DNA from: Candidatus Sumerlaeaceae bacterium
GTDB lineage: Bacteria; Sumerlaeota; Sumerlaeia; Sumerlaeales; Sumerlaeaceae
NCBI GenBank assembly: GCA_049968255.1
Contig: JBMFRB010000005.1
Span: 101,822 to 165,821, forward strand
DNA length: 64,000 nt
Direction: 5' to 3'
This document shows positions 30,716-41,363 of this stretch, in pieces. Both the position numbers and the translations under genes were made by a program. Every line of letters starts with the position of its first letter. The stretch's first letter is position 1. Below the pieces are notes generated by a model. That model saw only the letters and a list, made by a program, of their open reading frames with translations, searched no databases and was not told the DNA's origin.

Positions 30716-31672
30716 GTGACCAAGATGCGCGATTATTTGCGAGCGACCGATTTCGACACTCAGATCACGCTCGAGCTTTTTCAGCTCGCAGCTGCAATGA
30801 AGGCGCGAGCCAAGCGACGAGAGTTTTTGGACGTTCTAAGGGGGATGTCGGGTGTTTTGCTTTTCCAGAAGCCGTCGCTGCGCACGCGCGTCACCTTCGA
30901 GTTAGCGATCCAGCAGCTTGGCGGCTATGCTATGTATCTTTCACCCGCTGAGGTGGGTATGGGAAAACGCGAGAGCATTTACGACGTGGGGAAAAATCTC
31001 GAGCGCTGGGTGGACATTGTCATCGCCCGTGTTTTCGCCCAAAAGGATGTGGAGGACCTTGCTGCCGCAACTCAGCCGCCGGTGATCAATGCGCTCAGCG
31101 ACGATGAGCATCCGTGTCAGGCCATGGCAGATTTTTTCACCCTTTACGAAAAAGGTGTGGAGTGGAAGAATTTCCGTTTCGCCTACATTGGCGATGGCAA
31201 CAACGTTTGCCACTCCCTGATGATCACCGCAGCAAATCTCGGTGTGGAAATGCGCGTGGCTTCGCCTAATGGCTACGAGCCGCTCGCGGAAGTCGTTACG
31301 GAGGCACAACGGCGCAATGGACTCAGCGGTGGGAAACTCATCCTCACGCATGATCCGCGCGAGGCTGTGCACAATGCCAACGCTGTTTACACAGACGTGT
31401 GGGCCAGTATGGGGGAGGAGCACGAAGCTGAACAACGCAAGGCGATTTTCCAGCCTTATCAGGTTAATGCGGCGCTGATGGCTTACGCAGCGCCTGGCGC
31501 GTTCGTGATGCACGATCTGCCTGCTCATCGCGGTGAGGAAATCACCGATGAAGTCATGGATGGTCCTCATTCTATCATTTTTGACCAGGCAGAGAATCGC
31601 CTGCACATCCAGAAGGCTATCATTCTCGAATGTTTAGGGCTGCGAGAGAAAGTTACAGCGATGCTGCGCTAG
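30716..31672 (+). CDS. argF: Ornithine carbamoyltransferase
   Basis: KPSLRTR, HPCQ, GDGNNV, TDVWASMG, HDLPAHRGEE, QAENRLH. Confidence 0.94.
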   Translation: MTKMRDYLRATDFDTQITLELFQLAAAMKARAKRREFLDVLRGMSGVLLFQKPSLRTRVTFELAIQQLGGYAMYLSPAEVGMGKRESIYDVGKNLERWVDIVIARVFAQKDVEDLAAATQPPVINALSDDEHPCQAMADFFTLYEKGVEWKNFRFAYIGDGNNVCHSLMITAANLGVEMRVASPNGYEPLAEVVTEAQRRNGLSGGKLILTHDPREAVHNANAVYTDVWASMGEEHEAEQRKAIFQPYQVNAALMAYAAPGAFVMHDLPAHRGEEITDEVMDGPHSIIFDQAENRLHIQKAIILECLGLREKVTAMLR

Positions 31673-31820
31673 GCGCTGTTCATTTTGTCACGGGTAAAGA
31701 GCGCTGTCGGGCCAACAGGCGTCAATGAGATAGAACGCGCAGCGGCACGGTGAAGTCGAGCGGGCGTTTCTGGCAAAAACGTAAGACATCACGTCGCAGC
31801 AAGATCTATCGTTTGCCTTC

Positions 31821-33083
31821 TCAGTTGCCGCTTTCCTCGCCATGGCTATTTGTACGTGAGGATTCGGCAACAGGCGCCGACGGCACGGGCGCGGGTTGTG
31901 CTTCTTCGATCATACGGACGGCGCGCTGACTGAGGGGGAACCGAAGCACGACAGTTGTTCCCTTGCCGACGTGGCTTTGGATCTGAATTTTCCCGCCATG
32001 CTCTTCAACTATACGCGACACGATGGCAAGACCGAGCCCCGTGCCTGTGGCCTTCGTGGTGAAGAAGGGCTCCTGGATTCGGTCGAGATCCTGAGCGGAG
32101 ATGCCATGGCCATTGTCGCGCACTCGAATGACATAATGGTCCCTGTGAAGCTCCGTCGCGATCTCAATCATTGCTCCCTCGACACCAGAGAGCGCCTCGA
32201 GAGCGTTTTTGAGTAAGTTGAGCAACACCTGCGTCATTTGATTGGGATCGAAATCCACGGGCGGGATTTCATAGTCGAGCGACGTCACCAGCCTTACACC
32301 CCGCGCTTCGGCCTCGGGACGAATTGTTTGCAACACACGCTCGATGTGGTAGTTCACGTTCGCCCTTTGCAACATAGGCCGAGAGGGACGCACGGCGGCG
32401 AGAAATTCGTTCACCACGCAACCGAGTCGCTTGATTTCCTCAACAATGATGTCGGAGGACTGAAGCTGACGCTGCATCTCTAGGGAACGCGCGCGCTTGA
32501 CCTTTTGCCGCAACGCACGCTGCAAAAGCTGCGCGTGGATCTGCAGTGAGTTCAGAGGGTTTTTAATCTCATGGGCGAGCCCAGCTGCAAGGGTGGCCAT
32601 CTGTTTCCAGTACTCGGCGCGACGCCGCTGTTCCTCGGCTCGATACCAAGCGGTCACATCTCGAACGACAATCGTGAGAAGCTCGGAGAACTCATGGTCG
32701 GATTGAAACTTGAAAGGACTAAGCGAAATTTGTAGCCACCGTTGCTCATGGCCGGGCAGCTCGACCTCAAATTGCCTTTCTTCGCTTTCTCCAAGCAGGA
32801 AACGAGTGATCTTCTTGGCGATCTCGGAGGGAATGGGAAATTCGGTGAGCCGACGCCCGATGGGTTTCGATGGCGTGGCAAGCCCAAGCAGGCGCCAGAC
32901 TGCCTCATTGGCCAAAAGAATCTCCAGATTCGAACGCACAACCAGAAGACCATCCGCCAGCGCATCGATGATTTTCCGGAGGAAATCGCGGTCGCGCAGC
33001 AGACTTGAGAATATCGCTTCAGCCTGTTGCTCGTCAGCTTTGGTTATCTTTTTGACAAATTTCTCGGATACTCGTTGCCCCAT
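31821..33083 (-). CDS. Cytoplasmic PAS sensor histidine kinase (NtrB-like)
   Basis: PAS domain, AHEIKNPL, NLLKNA, DNGHG, FFTTKATGTGLGL; no TM. Confidence 0.93.
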   Translation of the reverse strand: MGQRVSEKFVKKITKADEQQAEAIFSSLLRDRDFLRKIIDALADGLLVVRSNLEILLANEAVWRLLGLATPSKPIGRRLTEFPIPSEIAKKITRFLLGESEERQFEVELPGHEQRWLQISLSPFKFQSDHEFSELLTIVVRDVTAWYRAEEQRRRAEYWKQMATLAAGLAHEIKNPLNSLQIHAQLLQRALRQKVKRARSLEMQRQLQSSDIIVEEIKRLGCVVNEFLAAVRPSRPMLQRANVNYHIERVLQTIRPEAEARGVRLVTSLDYEIPPVDFDPNQMTQVLLNLLKNALEALSGVEGAMIEIATELHRDHYVIRVRDNGHGISAQDLDRIQEPFFTTKATGTGLGLAIVSRIVEEHGGKIQIQSHVGKGTTVVLRFPLSQRAVRMIEEAQPAPVPSAPVAESSRTNSHGEESGN

Positions 33084-33178
33084 AACGCTGTCATCCTCCG
33101 CGTAGCCTCACAGATTATAGACGGCATCTCTTGGCTACGAACTGAACTCCTTCTGCCCTGGAAATATCCAAGTACCGG

Positions 33179-34591
33179 TCATTTTGAATCTGCTCTTCGC
33201 CTCAGGACAGTGAGACAAAAGCCGTCGAGCTCGGGCCACTCAGGCCATGTCGAAAAAACTTGGCCGGCGACAGATGGAAACAAGTTGCCGAGGCGCTCGG
33301 GCATGGCCAACATAAAATCTTCATGGCTGGCGAGAAAATGTGCTACTACCTCGTGATTTTCGCTGCGCAGGGGCGAGCAGGTCGCGTAAACAATCCGGCC
33401 GCCCGGCCGAACCAACTGCGCGGCAAGCATGAGCAGATCGCGCTGGGTCTCGGCAAAGCTGGCAAGGCTCGCCAGCGTCGCACGCCAACGAACTTCGGGA
33501 TGGCGCCGCACAGTCCCAAGGGCTGAACAGGGAGCGTCTACGAGCACGGCGTCGTAACACTGTGCCTTATTGTGCGCTAGAAGACATATCTCCTCGTAGG
33601 GCCGAATCTCAACGCCCGGCGTTTGCAGTCGTGCAAGATTTTCTTGCAAAAGCTCCAGACGTTTCGTGTCGCGATCTGTGGCATGAATTGTGGCCCGCCC
33701 ACAAGCAAGCTCAGCAAGGTGGGTCGTCTTGCCGCCTGGTGCAGCACAGAGATCGAGCACTTGCTCGCCAGGCCGAGGATCAAGAGCAAGGGAGACGAGC
33801 TGGCTTGCCTCATCCTGAACGTAGAAGGACCCTTGTTGAAAAGTCCAGTGTGCCAAAGCGTTGGCAAAATCCTGTGGTGAGTTCAAGATGAGGGCAGTGG
33901 GAACGATGTCGCTCGGATGGGAGAAGATGCCGTCCGCTGCCCAACAGCTAGCTAATTCGCTAGGCGTGGTGCGCAGGATGTTCACACGAACCGTCGCACG
34001 CGGTTCTTCATTGAGCCATGAAAGTAGCTTCAAAGTGCTGGGCTGGCCATAAGTATCGAGGAATGCTTGCACGAGCCATCGCGGCTGCGACCACCGGACG
34101 GAAAGGTCGTAGGCAGGATCGCCGGTGGACGGATAGTTTAGGTTTTCCTGCGAAGCAAGGGCGCGGCCAACGGCGTTGAGAAAACGGATAGCTCCGGCGG
34201 ACAAGTGCAATGCTTTGCCGATTTCCACCGCATCACTCACCGCTGCATATGACGGCACGCGATCTAAAAAGTGACGCTGAGCACTGATCATCCGAAAGAG
34301 ATTCAGGATCGATGGGTCCGTGGACGATTTCTTCGCGTGCAGACGCTGCTGAATTTGGTAATCAAGTGTGAGCAGGTGACGAAGGACGGTGAGAACAATC
34401 GCAAAAGCAAGGCGACGATCAGGGGCGCTGAGACCCAGGGCCGCAGCGGACCGGCGGACCGCCTCCGGGGCATCTAGTTCTTGCCCGCCAAGAACGGCTG
34501 AGAGAACATGGAACGCCACCCATCGGGCAGGCGAGCACCGAGGCGATGGTTGGCGCAGGCAGTGCGGTTTGAGGCTGACCTTTTTCATCAT
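33179..34591 (-). CDS. rsmB: 16S rRNA m5C967 methyltransferase RsmB/Sun
   Basis: NusB-like N-terminus, VQDEASQ, DLCAAPGGKT, DAPCSALG, YATCS. Confidence 0.92.
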   Translation of the reverse strand: MMKKVSLKPHCLRQPSPRCSPARWVAFHVLSAVLGGQELDAPEAVRRSAAALGLSAPDRRLAFAIVLTVLRHLLTLDYQIQQRLHAKKSSTDPSILNLFRMISAQRHFLDRVPSYAAVSDAVEIGKALHLSAGAIRFLNAVGRALASQENLNYPSTGDPAYDLSVRWSQPRWLVQAFLDTYGQPSTLKLLSWLNEEPRATVRVNILRTTPSELASCWAADGIFSHPSDIVPTALILNSPQDFANALAHWTFQQGSFYVQDEASQLVSLALDPRPGEQVLDLCAAPGGKTTHLAELACGRATIHATDRDTKRLELLQENLARLQTPGVEIRPYEEICLLAHNKAQCYDAVLVDAPCSALGTVRRHPEVRWRATLASLASFAETQRDLLMLAAQLVRPGGRIVYATCSPLRSENHEVVAHFLASHEDFMLAMPERLGNLFPSVAGQVFSTWPEWPELDGFCLTVLRRRADSK

Positions 34592-34725
34592 TAGCACGAT
34601 CCGAACCCACGCGTTTCCTGATTCCAGTTGAAACTTTTTACCCGCAAGTGTCATCCGTGATAAATAAAAAGTTGGGCCTGCGCGTTTAGAATTATGATGA
34701 GGTGTGCCCCGAGAAAGTTTTTTCG

Positions 34726-35859
34726 ATGTCATTTTTGCGAAATCCGATAATTCTGACGCGACTATTCTTTGTGCTGATCACTACGCTGGTCGGCTACTGG
34801 GTGGGTCGCGTCCAAGTGCCTTCGCGCGGACTCGACTACTCGATTATTGCGTTCTGCCTCGCGAACATCCTTGTTCTCGTTGAAGTCTCGACGAACATTA
34901 TCTCGTCGAAAAAGATACTCCTGGCAGCTGCAGGTTTGTTAGTCGGCCTTGTGATCGCCTGGTTTGTTTATCCCACGATCCCGCCGAGCGTGTTCGGCTC
35001 AGACATCGAGATGGGGCAGCTTCAAGCGCGCATCATCTGCAACCTTGTGTTTGGTTATCTCGGCATCATTCTTGCCATCAAACACGCAAATCGTTTGAGT
35101 TTCTCGCGTTTGAATTTCATCATGGCTTCGCCAAGCGACACGGCCAAAATTCTCGACACGAGCGTAATCGTGGACGGCCGCATCAAGGATCTCATTGCTA
35201 GCAGCTTTATGCAGGGGAATTTCCTCGTACCGGAGTTTGTGTTGGAGGAACTGCATAAGCTGGCGGATTCTTCGGATCCGAAAAAGCGGGCGCGCGGCCG
35301 CCGAGGACTGGAGATGCTCGACGAAATCAAGGACGTGACAAATCGTCTGGCGATTTGCGAGAAGGATTATCCAGACCATCGCGGGGTGGACCACAAGCTC
35401 ATCGCCCTGGCCAAAGAAATTGGCGGCGAAGTGGTGACGAATGACTACAACCTGCAGAAGATCGCCGAATTCCATCGCGTGCGTGTGATCAACATCAACG
35501 AACTGGCGAACCTGCTCAAGCCGACCGTCTTCGTTGGCGAGACGATCAACCTTTTCATCGCCCGCGAAGGCAAAGAGCCCCACCAAGGCGTGGGCTATCT
35601 TGAAGACGGGACGATGGTGGTGGTCGAGGACGGTCGCAGCCGCATCGGAACCGAGGTGGAGCTGGTTGTGACCTCGATCCACCAAACATCGGCCGGGCGT
35701 ATGGTTTTCGCGCGACCGGCAGACTATGTCCAGACGCCGGTGGATTTGCGAAGCGTCCCCGTAGGAGAGGGCCAGACTCGACGACGTCCCGCGAACAGCG
35801 TGCCTCACCCAGCGCCCGACTATTCGGGGAAACCCGAAACGACTCATCGCGAAGACTGA
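34726..35859 (+). CDS. Membrane PIN/TRAM-domain protein (YacL family)
   Basis: N-terminal TMs, ILDTSVIVDGRI, RGRRGL, TNDYNL, GVGYLEDGTMVVVE. Confidence 0.93.
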   Translation: MSFLRNPIILTRLFFVLITTLVGYWVGRVQVPSRGLDYSIIAFCLANILVLVEVSTNIISSKKILLAAAGLLVGLVIAWFVYPTIPPSVFGSDIEMGQLQARIICNLVFGYLGIILAIKHANRLSFSRLNFIMASPSDTAKILDTSVIVDGRIKDLIASSFMQGNFLVPEFVLEELHKLADSSDPKKRARGRRGLEMLDEIKDVTNRLAICEKDYPDHRGVDHKLIALAKEIGGEVVTNDYNLQKIAEFHRVRVININELANLLKPTVFVGETINLFIAREGKEPHQGVGYLEDGTMVVVEDGRSRIGTEVELVVTSIHQTSAGRMVFARPADYVQTPVDLRSVPVGEGQTRRRPANSVPHPAPDYSGKPETTHRED

Positions 35860-36072
35860 ACCTCTCTAGTTCTGCCTATGGTTGTCGCACGCACTTTTTG
35901 TCACGACTAATCGGGCGCCAGTTTTTCCCAGTCTCCTAATCCTCCTTTTTCGCGACGTTTTTTCCAACAGGAGCAGTTCCACGCACCATGGAGGCCGGTG
36001 AGATGCATGCGAATTTCCAGGGTGCGCGAATATAGAACCGGTTAAGTACCACTCTTTAGGAGAGGCTTGGCG

Positions 36073-36819
36073 ATGAAAAATTTTTATTCATCACGTCGGC
36101 AGTTTCTGGCGTTGCTGGGTGGTTTCCCTGCCGTTGTCGCTTTAGGAAAGGCCCTCGACACGCTCACGACTCCCACGGCGGCTACGTCCGCGCAAGGGGG
36201 ACCGTTCTCGCTCCCACCGCTCCCCTATTCTTACGCTGCACTCGAGCCGGTCATCGACGTGCAAACAATGCATCTGCACCATGATAAACATCATGCAGCT
36301 TACGTAGAAAATCTGAATAAAGCAATCGCGCAGCATCCTGAACTCGCGAGTAGAGGATTGGAGCAGTTGTTGGGTGACCTTGCTCAGGTGCCGGAGAATA
36401 TCCGCACGGCGGTACGAAATCACGGTGGGGGGCACTGGAACCACACTTTCTTCTGGGAGCTAATGAAACCGTCAGGGGCGAACAAGGCAAGCGGCGAGCT
36501 GGCCGATGCCATTCGGGCGACGTTCATGTCTTTCGAGAATTTTCAGGCACGCTTTGAAGAAGCCGGTCTCAAGCTTTTTGGCTCAGGATGGGTGTGGCTC
36601 GTCGTGAATAAGGAGAAAAAGCTAGAGATCCTCACGACTCCCAATCAGGACACACCGCTAGCTGTCGGAGCTCGACCAGTGTTAGGCAACGACGTGTGGG
36701 AGCACGCCTACTATCTCAAGTACCAGAATCGCCGCGGCGAGTATCTAAAAGCGTGGTGGAAGGTCGTCAACTGGGATGTTGCAGCGGCCAACTATGCACA
36801 GGCGCTCAAAGCAAAATAA
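36073..36819 (+). CDS. sodA: Mn superoxide dismutase with Tat signal peptide
   Basis: HHDKHH, NHGGGHWNH, PNQD, DVWEHAYY; N-terminal SRRQFL. Confidence 0.93.
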   Translation: MKNFYSSRRQFLALLGGFPAVVALGKALDTLTTPTAATSAQGGPFSLPPLPYSYAALEPVIDVQTMHLHHDKHHAAYVENLNKAIAQHPELASRGLEQLLGDLAQVPENIRTAVRNHGGGHWNHTFFWELMKPSGANKASGELADAIRATFMSFENFQARFEEAGLKLFGSGWVWLVVNKEKKLEILTTPNQDTPLAVGARPVLGNDVWEHAYYLKYQNRRGEYLKAWWKVVNWDVAAANYAQALKAK

Positions 36820-36987
36820 AGGTGGCAACAATCCCCACACTGCTTAGCTTCCCCTCGTATGGGAATCGTCGCCACGTCAGAACGGTTAGCTTTTTATTTT
36901 GCGAATACGCTTTTGAACGCGAGGGGACGACGAACCTTGCCATCGTCGAACATCGCGAGCGTTTCGTGACGATGCCGCCCGACCCAC

Positions 36988-38001
36988 TCAATCGCCAAGG
37001 ATGATTTCGGACGAATCACCAACATTGAGCCGCGTGTGCGTGCCCACAACCTTCGCATTATCGCTGATGATCGAGCCCTCGAGGATAATTTCGCTGACCT
37101 CGGCGTTTTCGCCAATGATCGAGTTTTTTACGATACATGAGCGAAGTATGGTTCCTGCCGAAATGCTGACGTAGGGGCCGACTATCGAGTTTTCTAGGCG
37201 CGCAGATTCATCAATGGCGACAGGCATGTTGATGACAGAGCCCGGATAGCGGTCCGCTAGCCGCGCATACTCCTCGAGATCCTGGATCTTCATGTCCAGG
37301 AGATCGCGGTTAGTAAGCAACATGGTCTCAGGTTTGCCGCAGTCATACCATCCCTCCACCATGAACACGCGCATTTGATGACCACGTTCCAGAATGAGCT
37401 GGAGGGCATCCGTGAGCTGAAACTCCCCTTTGGTGCGTCTGCCAGCCTGGATATTTTCGTCCAAGCAATCAAAGAGCTGGCGCGGGTTTTTGAGATAATA
37501 GATTCCGACTAGGGCTAAGTTTGACGGAGGTATCTCGGGTTTCTCCACAAGGCGTTTGACGTTTCCCATTTTGTCGAGCTCGACGACGCCGAACCGCCGT
37601 GGATCGTCAACCTTTTTGACACCCAAGGCACTTTCGTCGCGCTCGAAAACAGATTTCAGGTCGGCTTTAAAAATGGTGTCGCCAAGCACGATGAGAACCC
37701 GCTCGTCGTCGTAATGAAAAGGCTTCGCGAGCGACACGGCGTGGCCAAGTCCCAACATCTCCGTCTGCTCGACGAAGTTAGCGCGGAACTTCACCGTGCG
37801 TTGCACATACTCCCGAATCATGTCGCCCTTGTAACCAATGATGAATGTTGTTTCTTCGATGCCAAGGCGAGTAAGCTCGTCGAGAATGTGGCCAAGAATG
37901 GGCTTGCCGGCGACTGGCAAGAGCACCTTCGGCGCGGTATGGGTGTGTGGGCGAAGACGCGTTCCTATACCAGCGACGGGGACGATGGCTTTCAACACCA
38001 T
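36988..38001 (-). CDS. Sugar-1-phosphate nucleotidyltransferase (long-form glucose-1-P thymidylyltransferase-like)
   Basis: AGIGTRLRPHT..PK, LVEKP, GEFQLTDAL, WYDCGK, C-terminal hexapeptide repeats. Confidence 0.9.
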   Translation of the reverse strand: MVLKAIVPVAGIGTRLRPHTHTAPKVLLPVAGKPILGHILDELTRLGIEETTFIIGYKGDMIREYVQRTVKFRANFVEQTEMLGLGHAVSLAKPFHYDDERVLIVLGDTIFKADLKSVFERDESALGVKKVDDPRRFGVVELDKMGNVKRLVEKPEIPPSNLALVGIYYLKNPRQLFDCLDENIQAGRRTKGEFQLTDALQLILERGHQMRVFMVEGWYDCGKPETMLLTNRDLLDMKIQDLEEYARLADRYPGSVINMPVAIDESARLENSIVGPYVSISAGTILRSCIVKNSIIGENAEVSEIILEGSIISDNAKVVGTHTRLNVGDSSEIILGD

Positions 38002-38212
38002 AACTCCTCTTGCTTTCTCTTCGGGACAGGACTTTTCCCGTGCATTCTTTTATCGAACTGGCTGCTGCTTATGGCCAAGATCAAGCACGAAAACTTGCGA
38101 AGTGCATTCGGCACGCGGCTGCGTGTGCGGAAAAGAAGCGGCTCCGCCGGTTTGTTCGGCCGACGGAGCCGTGCTCAGTTGTCACCACAAACGCTCCCGC
38201 CTTCGCTGCAAT

Positions 38213-41065
38213 TTAGCGCTTTTTCGACGCTTTTTTCGTTGCAGCTTTTTTCGCAGGCGCTGTTTTCGCCACTTTGTTGGCAGCCGACTTCTTCGCCGAC
38301 GCTTTCTTCGAAAAAGACGACGCAGGCTTCGGCGGTGCGCTTTCGATCGCGGCCTGAGCGGCAGCAAGCCGTGCTATCGGCACGCGGAACGGCGAGCAGC
38401 TCACGTAATTCATCCCCACGCGATGGCAGAACTTCACCGATGCCGGATCACCACCATGTTCGCCGCAGATACCAACCTTGAGGTCGGGTCGCGTTTCACG
38501 TCCGCGCTCGATCCCCACTCTAATGAGCTCGCCGATGCCGTCCTGATCAATGGTCTGGAAAGGATCATCCTTGAGGATCTTCTTCTCAAGGTAATCAGGC
38601 AGGAACGAGCCAATGTCGTCGCGGCTGAAGCCAAAGCCCATCTGCGTCAGATCGTTCGTGCCAAACGAGAAGAATTCAGCGACTTGGGCGAGTTTGCCCG
38701 CTTGCAGCGCTGCGCGCGGAATTTCGATCATCGTGCCGTAGAGGAACGGCAGCTTGCGCAGACCGAATTTCTGCATGACCTCTTTGGCCACGCGATCCAC
38801 GATCTCCTTCTGGTGCATGAGCTCCGTCTCGATGCACGTGACCGGGATCATAATTTCTGGCAACGCTTTCTTTCCGGCCTTTATAAGCTCTGCAGCTGCT
38901 TCGAGAATCGCGCGTACCTGCATCTCGGTCACTTCGGGATAAGTGATGCCAAGACGCACGCCACGATGGCCGAGCATGGGGTTGTTCTCGCGCAATGCTT
39001 CGGCCCGCTTCTGCAATTCGGCCATATCGATCCCCAACTCTTTGGCCAGTGTCTGGAGCTTTTCTTCGGAATGTGGCACGAATTCATGCAGTGGGGGATC
39101 GAGCAGACGGATTGTGACCGGCCGGCCATTCATGACTTCGAGAGTCGCCTTCACGTCATTTTTGACGAATGGGAAGAGCTCGTCGAGGGCCTTGCGCCGT
39201 TCGTCGCCGGTTTTGCTCATGATCATCTTGCGCAGCAGGAACAGGGGCTTATCGCTCCCCTCGCCATAGAACATGTGCTCCGTGCGGAAAAGACCGATAC
39301 CTTCGGCGCCGAATTTGATGGCTTGTTCAGCATCCTTGGGAGTGTCGGCATTCGTCCGCACGCGGAGCTGGCGGAACCTATCCGCAAGCTTCATGAGCTC
39401 CTGGAAGGGCTTGTTGTGTTCGAGGTCCACGTCGACAAGAGGTAGTTCACCAAGGTAAACTAACCCTTTCGTGCCGTTGAGCGAAATCCAATCGCCCTCT
39501 TTGACCACAACGCCGCTCTTGGTCTTGAACGACTTAAGATCGTGAGCGATCTCAATATCGCTGCAGCCGACGATGCAGCACTTGCCCCAACCACGCGCCA
39601 CAAGCGCGGCGTGGGAGGTCATGCCGCCTTTGCTGGTGAGGATCGCCTGGGCCTTGTGCATGCCGTCGACGTCCTCGGGCGACGTCTCTTCGCGCACCAG
39701 GATGACCTTTTCGCCTTTCGCGGCCCATTGCACTGCATCCTCGGCGGTGAACACGACACGGCCGCGCGCACCACCAGGACCGGCGGGCAAGCCTTTTGCG
39801 ATCGGCGTCGTTTTGAGTTCCACCTTCGGATCAAGCATGGGCAGGAGAAGCTCGAACAACTGATTCGGCGCCACACGCTGCACAGCGGTCGCATCGTCGA
39901 TCAGTCCCTCTTTGTACATTTCCGTGGCCATGCGGACTGCCGCCACGCCATTGCGCTTACCGACGCGGCACTGCAGGATATAGAGCTTGCCTTTCTCAAT
40001 TGTGAACTCGATGTCCTGCATGTCGCGATAATGCTTCTCGAGCCGATCCTGAATGTCGTAGAGCTCGGCGTAAACTTCGGGCATCAGCTCTTTGAGCGTG
40101 GGCAGGTGCCTACTCTGCTCGTTTTTGGATTCGTCGTTGATCGGAGCAGGGGTGCGAATGCCGGCCACCACGTCCTCACCCTGCGCATTGATGAGGTACT
40201 CGCCGTAGAAAATTTTTTCACCCGTGCCGGGATGCCGCGTGAAGGCTACGCCGGTGGCGCTGTCGTCGCCCATGTTGCCGAAAACCATGGACTGCACATT
40301 GACGGCGGTGCCCCATTCATCGGGGATGCGTTCGATGCGGCGGTACTCAACGGCACGTTTGCCGTTCCAGCTCGCAAACACGGCGCCGATCGCGCCCCAA
40401 AGCTGATCCCATGGATCCTGGGGGAAAGCTTTGCCTAGCACTTCTTTGACCTTCGCCTTGAAGGCTTTGACAAGCTCTTGAAGATCCTCCGCCGTCAGAT
40501 CCGTATCGGAGCTATAGTCCTTCTCCTTTTTCACTTCCTCGAGCATCTCATCGAGGATTTTGCGGATTCCCTTGCCATCCTTAGGCTCTATGCCTGCGGC
40601 CTTCTCCATAACGACGTCGGCATACATCATGATCAGGCGCCGATACGCGTCGTAGGCAAAACGGGGGTTATTTGTTTTCTCGATGAGCCCCTGAATGGTC
40701 TTATCGTTGAGACCGACGTTGAGCACGGTCTCCATCATGCCGGGCATGGACTTGCGCGCGCCCGAGCGCACCGACACGAGCAGTGGATTCGACGGATCGC
40801 CAAACTTCTTTTTGGTCAGTTTTTCGACCTTGGCAAGCGCGGCCTCGACCTGCCCTTTCAGCTCGGGCGGGTATTTGCGCCCATGCTGATAATAGTAGGT
40901 ACAGACTTCTGTGGTGATTGTAAAACCCGGCGGCACTGGCAGCCGCAGGTCGGGATGCCCAGCCATCTCGGCAAGGTTGGCACCTTTGCCGCCGAGAAGC
41001 TCTTTCATTGACTCATTGCCGTCGGCGCGACCGCCGCCGAATGAGTAGACGTACTTCTTTGCCAT
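38213..41065 (-). CDS. ppdK: Pyruvate, phosphate dikinase
   Basis: GGKGANLAEM, SVRSGA, GGMTSHAA, GLFRTEHMF, SFGTNDLTQ, GICGEHGG; AGGAGG RBS. Confidence 0.98.
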   Translation of the reverse strand: MAKKYVYSFGGGRADGNESMKELLGGKGANLAEMAGHPDLRLPVPPGFTITTEVCTYYYQHGRKYPPELKGQVEAALAKVEKLTKKKFGDPSNPLLVSVRSGARKSMPGMMETVLNVGLNDKTIQGLIEKTNNPRFAYDAYRRLIMMYADVVMEKAAGIEPKDGKGIRKILDEMLEEVKKEKDYSSDTDLTAEDLQELVKAFKAKVKEVLGKAFPQDPWDQLWGAIGAVFASWNGKRAVEYRRIERIPDEWGTAVNVQSMVFGNMGDDSATGVAFTRHPGTGEKIFYGEYLINAQGEDVVAGIRTPAPINDESKNEQSRHLPTLKELMPEVYAELYDIQDRLEKHYRDMQDIEFTIEKGKLYILQCRVGKRNGVAAVRMATEMYKEGLIDDATAVQRVAPNQLFELLLPMLDPKVELKTTPIAKGLPAGPGGARGRVVFTAEDAVQWAAKGEKVILVREETSPEDVDGMHKAQAILTSKGGMTSHAALVARGWGKCCIVGCSDIEIAHDLKSFKTKSGVVVKEGDWISLNGTKGLVYLGELPLVDVDLEHNKPFQELMKLADRFRQLRVRTNADTPKDAEQAIKFGAEGIGLFRTEHMFYGEGSDKPLFLLRKMIMSKTGDERRKALDELFPFVKNDVKATLEVMNGRPVTIRLLDPPLHEFVPHSEEKLQTLAKELGIDMAELQKRAEALRENNPMLGHRGVRLGITYPEVTEMQVRAILEAAAELIKAGKKALPEIMIPVTCIETELMHQKEIVDRVAKEVMQKFGLRKLPFLYGTMIEIPRAALQAGKLAQVAEFFSFGTNDLTQMGFGFSRDDIGSFLPDYLEKKILKDDPFQTIDQDGIGELIRVGIERGRETRPDLKVGICGEHGGDPASVKFCHRVGMNYVSCSPFRVPIARLAAAQAAIESAPPKPASSFSKKASAKKSAANKVAKTAPAKKAATKKASKKR

Positions 41066-41363
41066 TTACAACCTCCTTTTAGGTTGGCTGTGGCCCGGGT
41101 GCTTTCCCCACACCGCTCGCCGATCCCGACTCACGATCGTTCACCCAAGCGCACAGCATTTTTTCGTGGTTGCACAGAACTAAACGTTCGCAAACAAGCG
41201 CTATTCAACTTTTGCGCCGGTCAAGCACGCTTTGGGGCTCAAAGTTGCATGTCAAAGGGAAATGCTGGCTTTTGCGTTTTTTTTACAAATACGTGGTCCG
41301 CAGCCCTCGCGCCGCGTGAAAGCTGGCTTGACACGGCTGTGAGAAGCTCGCGACGGTAGAAAT

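Noticed and set aside
30716-31672. ArgF as an N-acetyl- or succinyl-ornithine carbamoyltransferase because of SLRT and HDLP variants
   Set aside because: It retains the DxxxSMG ornithine-binding loop typical of ordinary OTCase
31688-31870. 60-aa Cys-rich ORF downstream of the histidine kinase
   Set aside because: Overlaps the kinase 3' end; no RBS or signal peptide; probably spurious
37838-39445. 535-aa plus-strand ORF and other long antisense ORFs (e.g. 34999-35847, 39542-40438)
   Set aside because: Shadows of well-supported genes on the opposite strand in GC-rich DNA; no motifs
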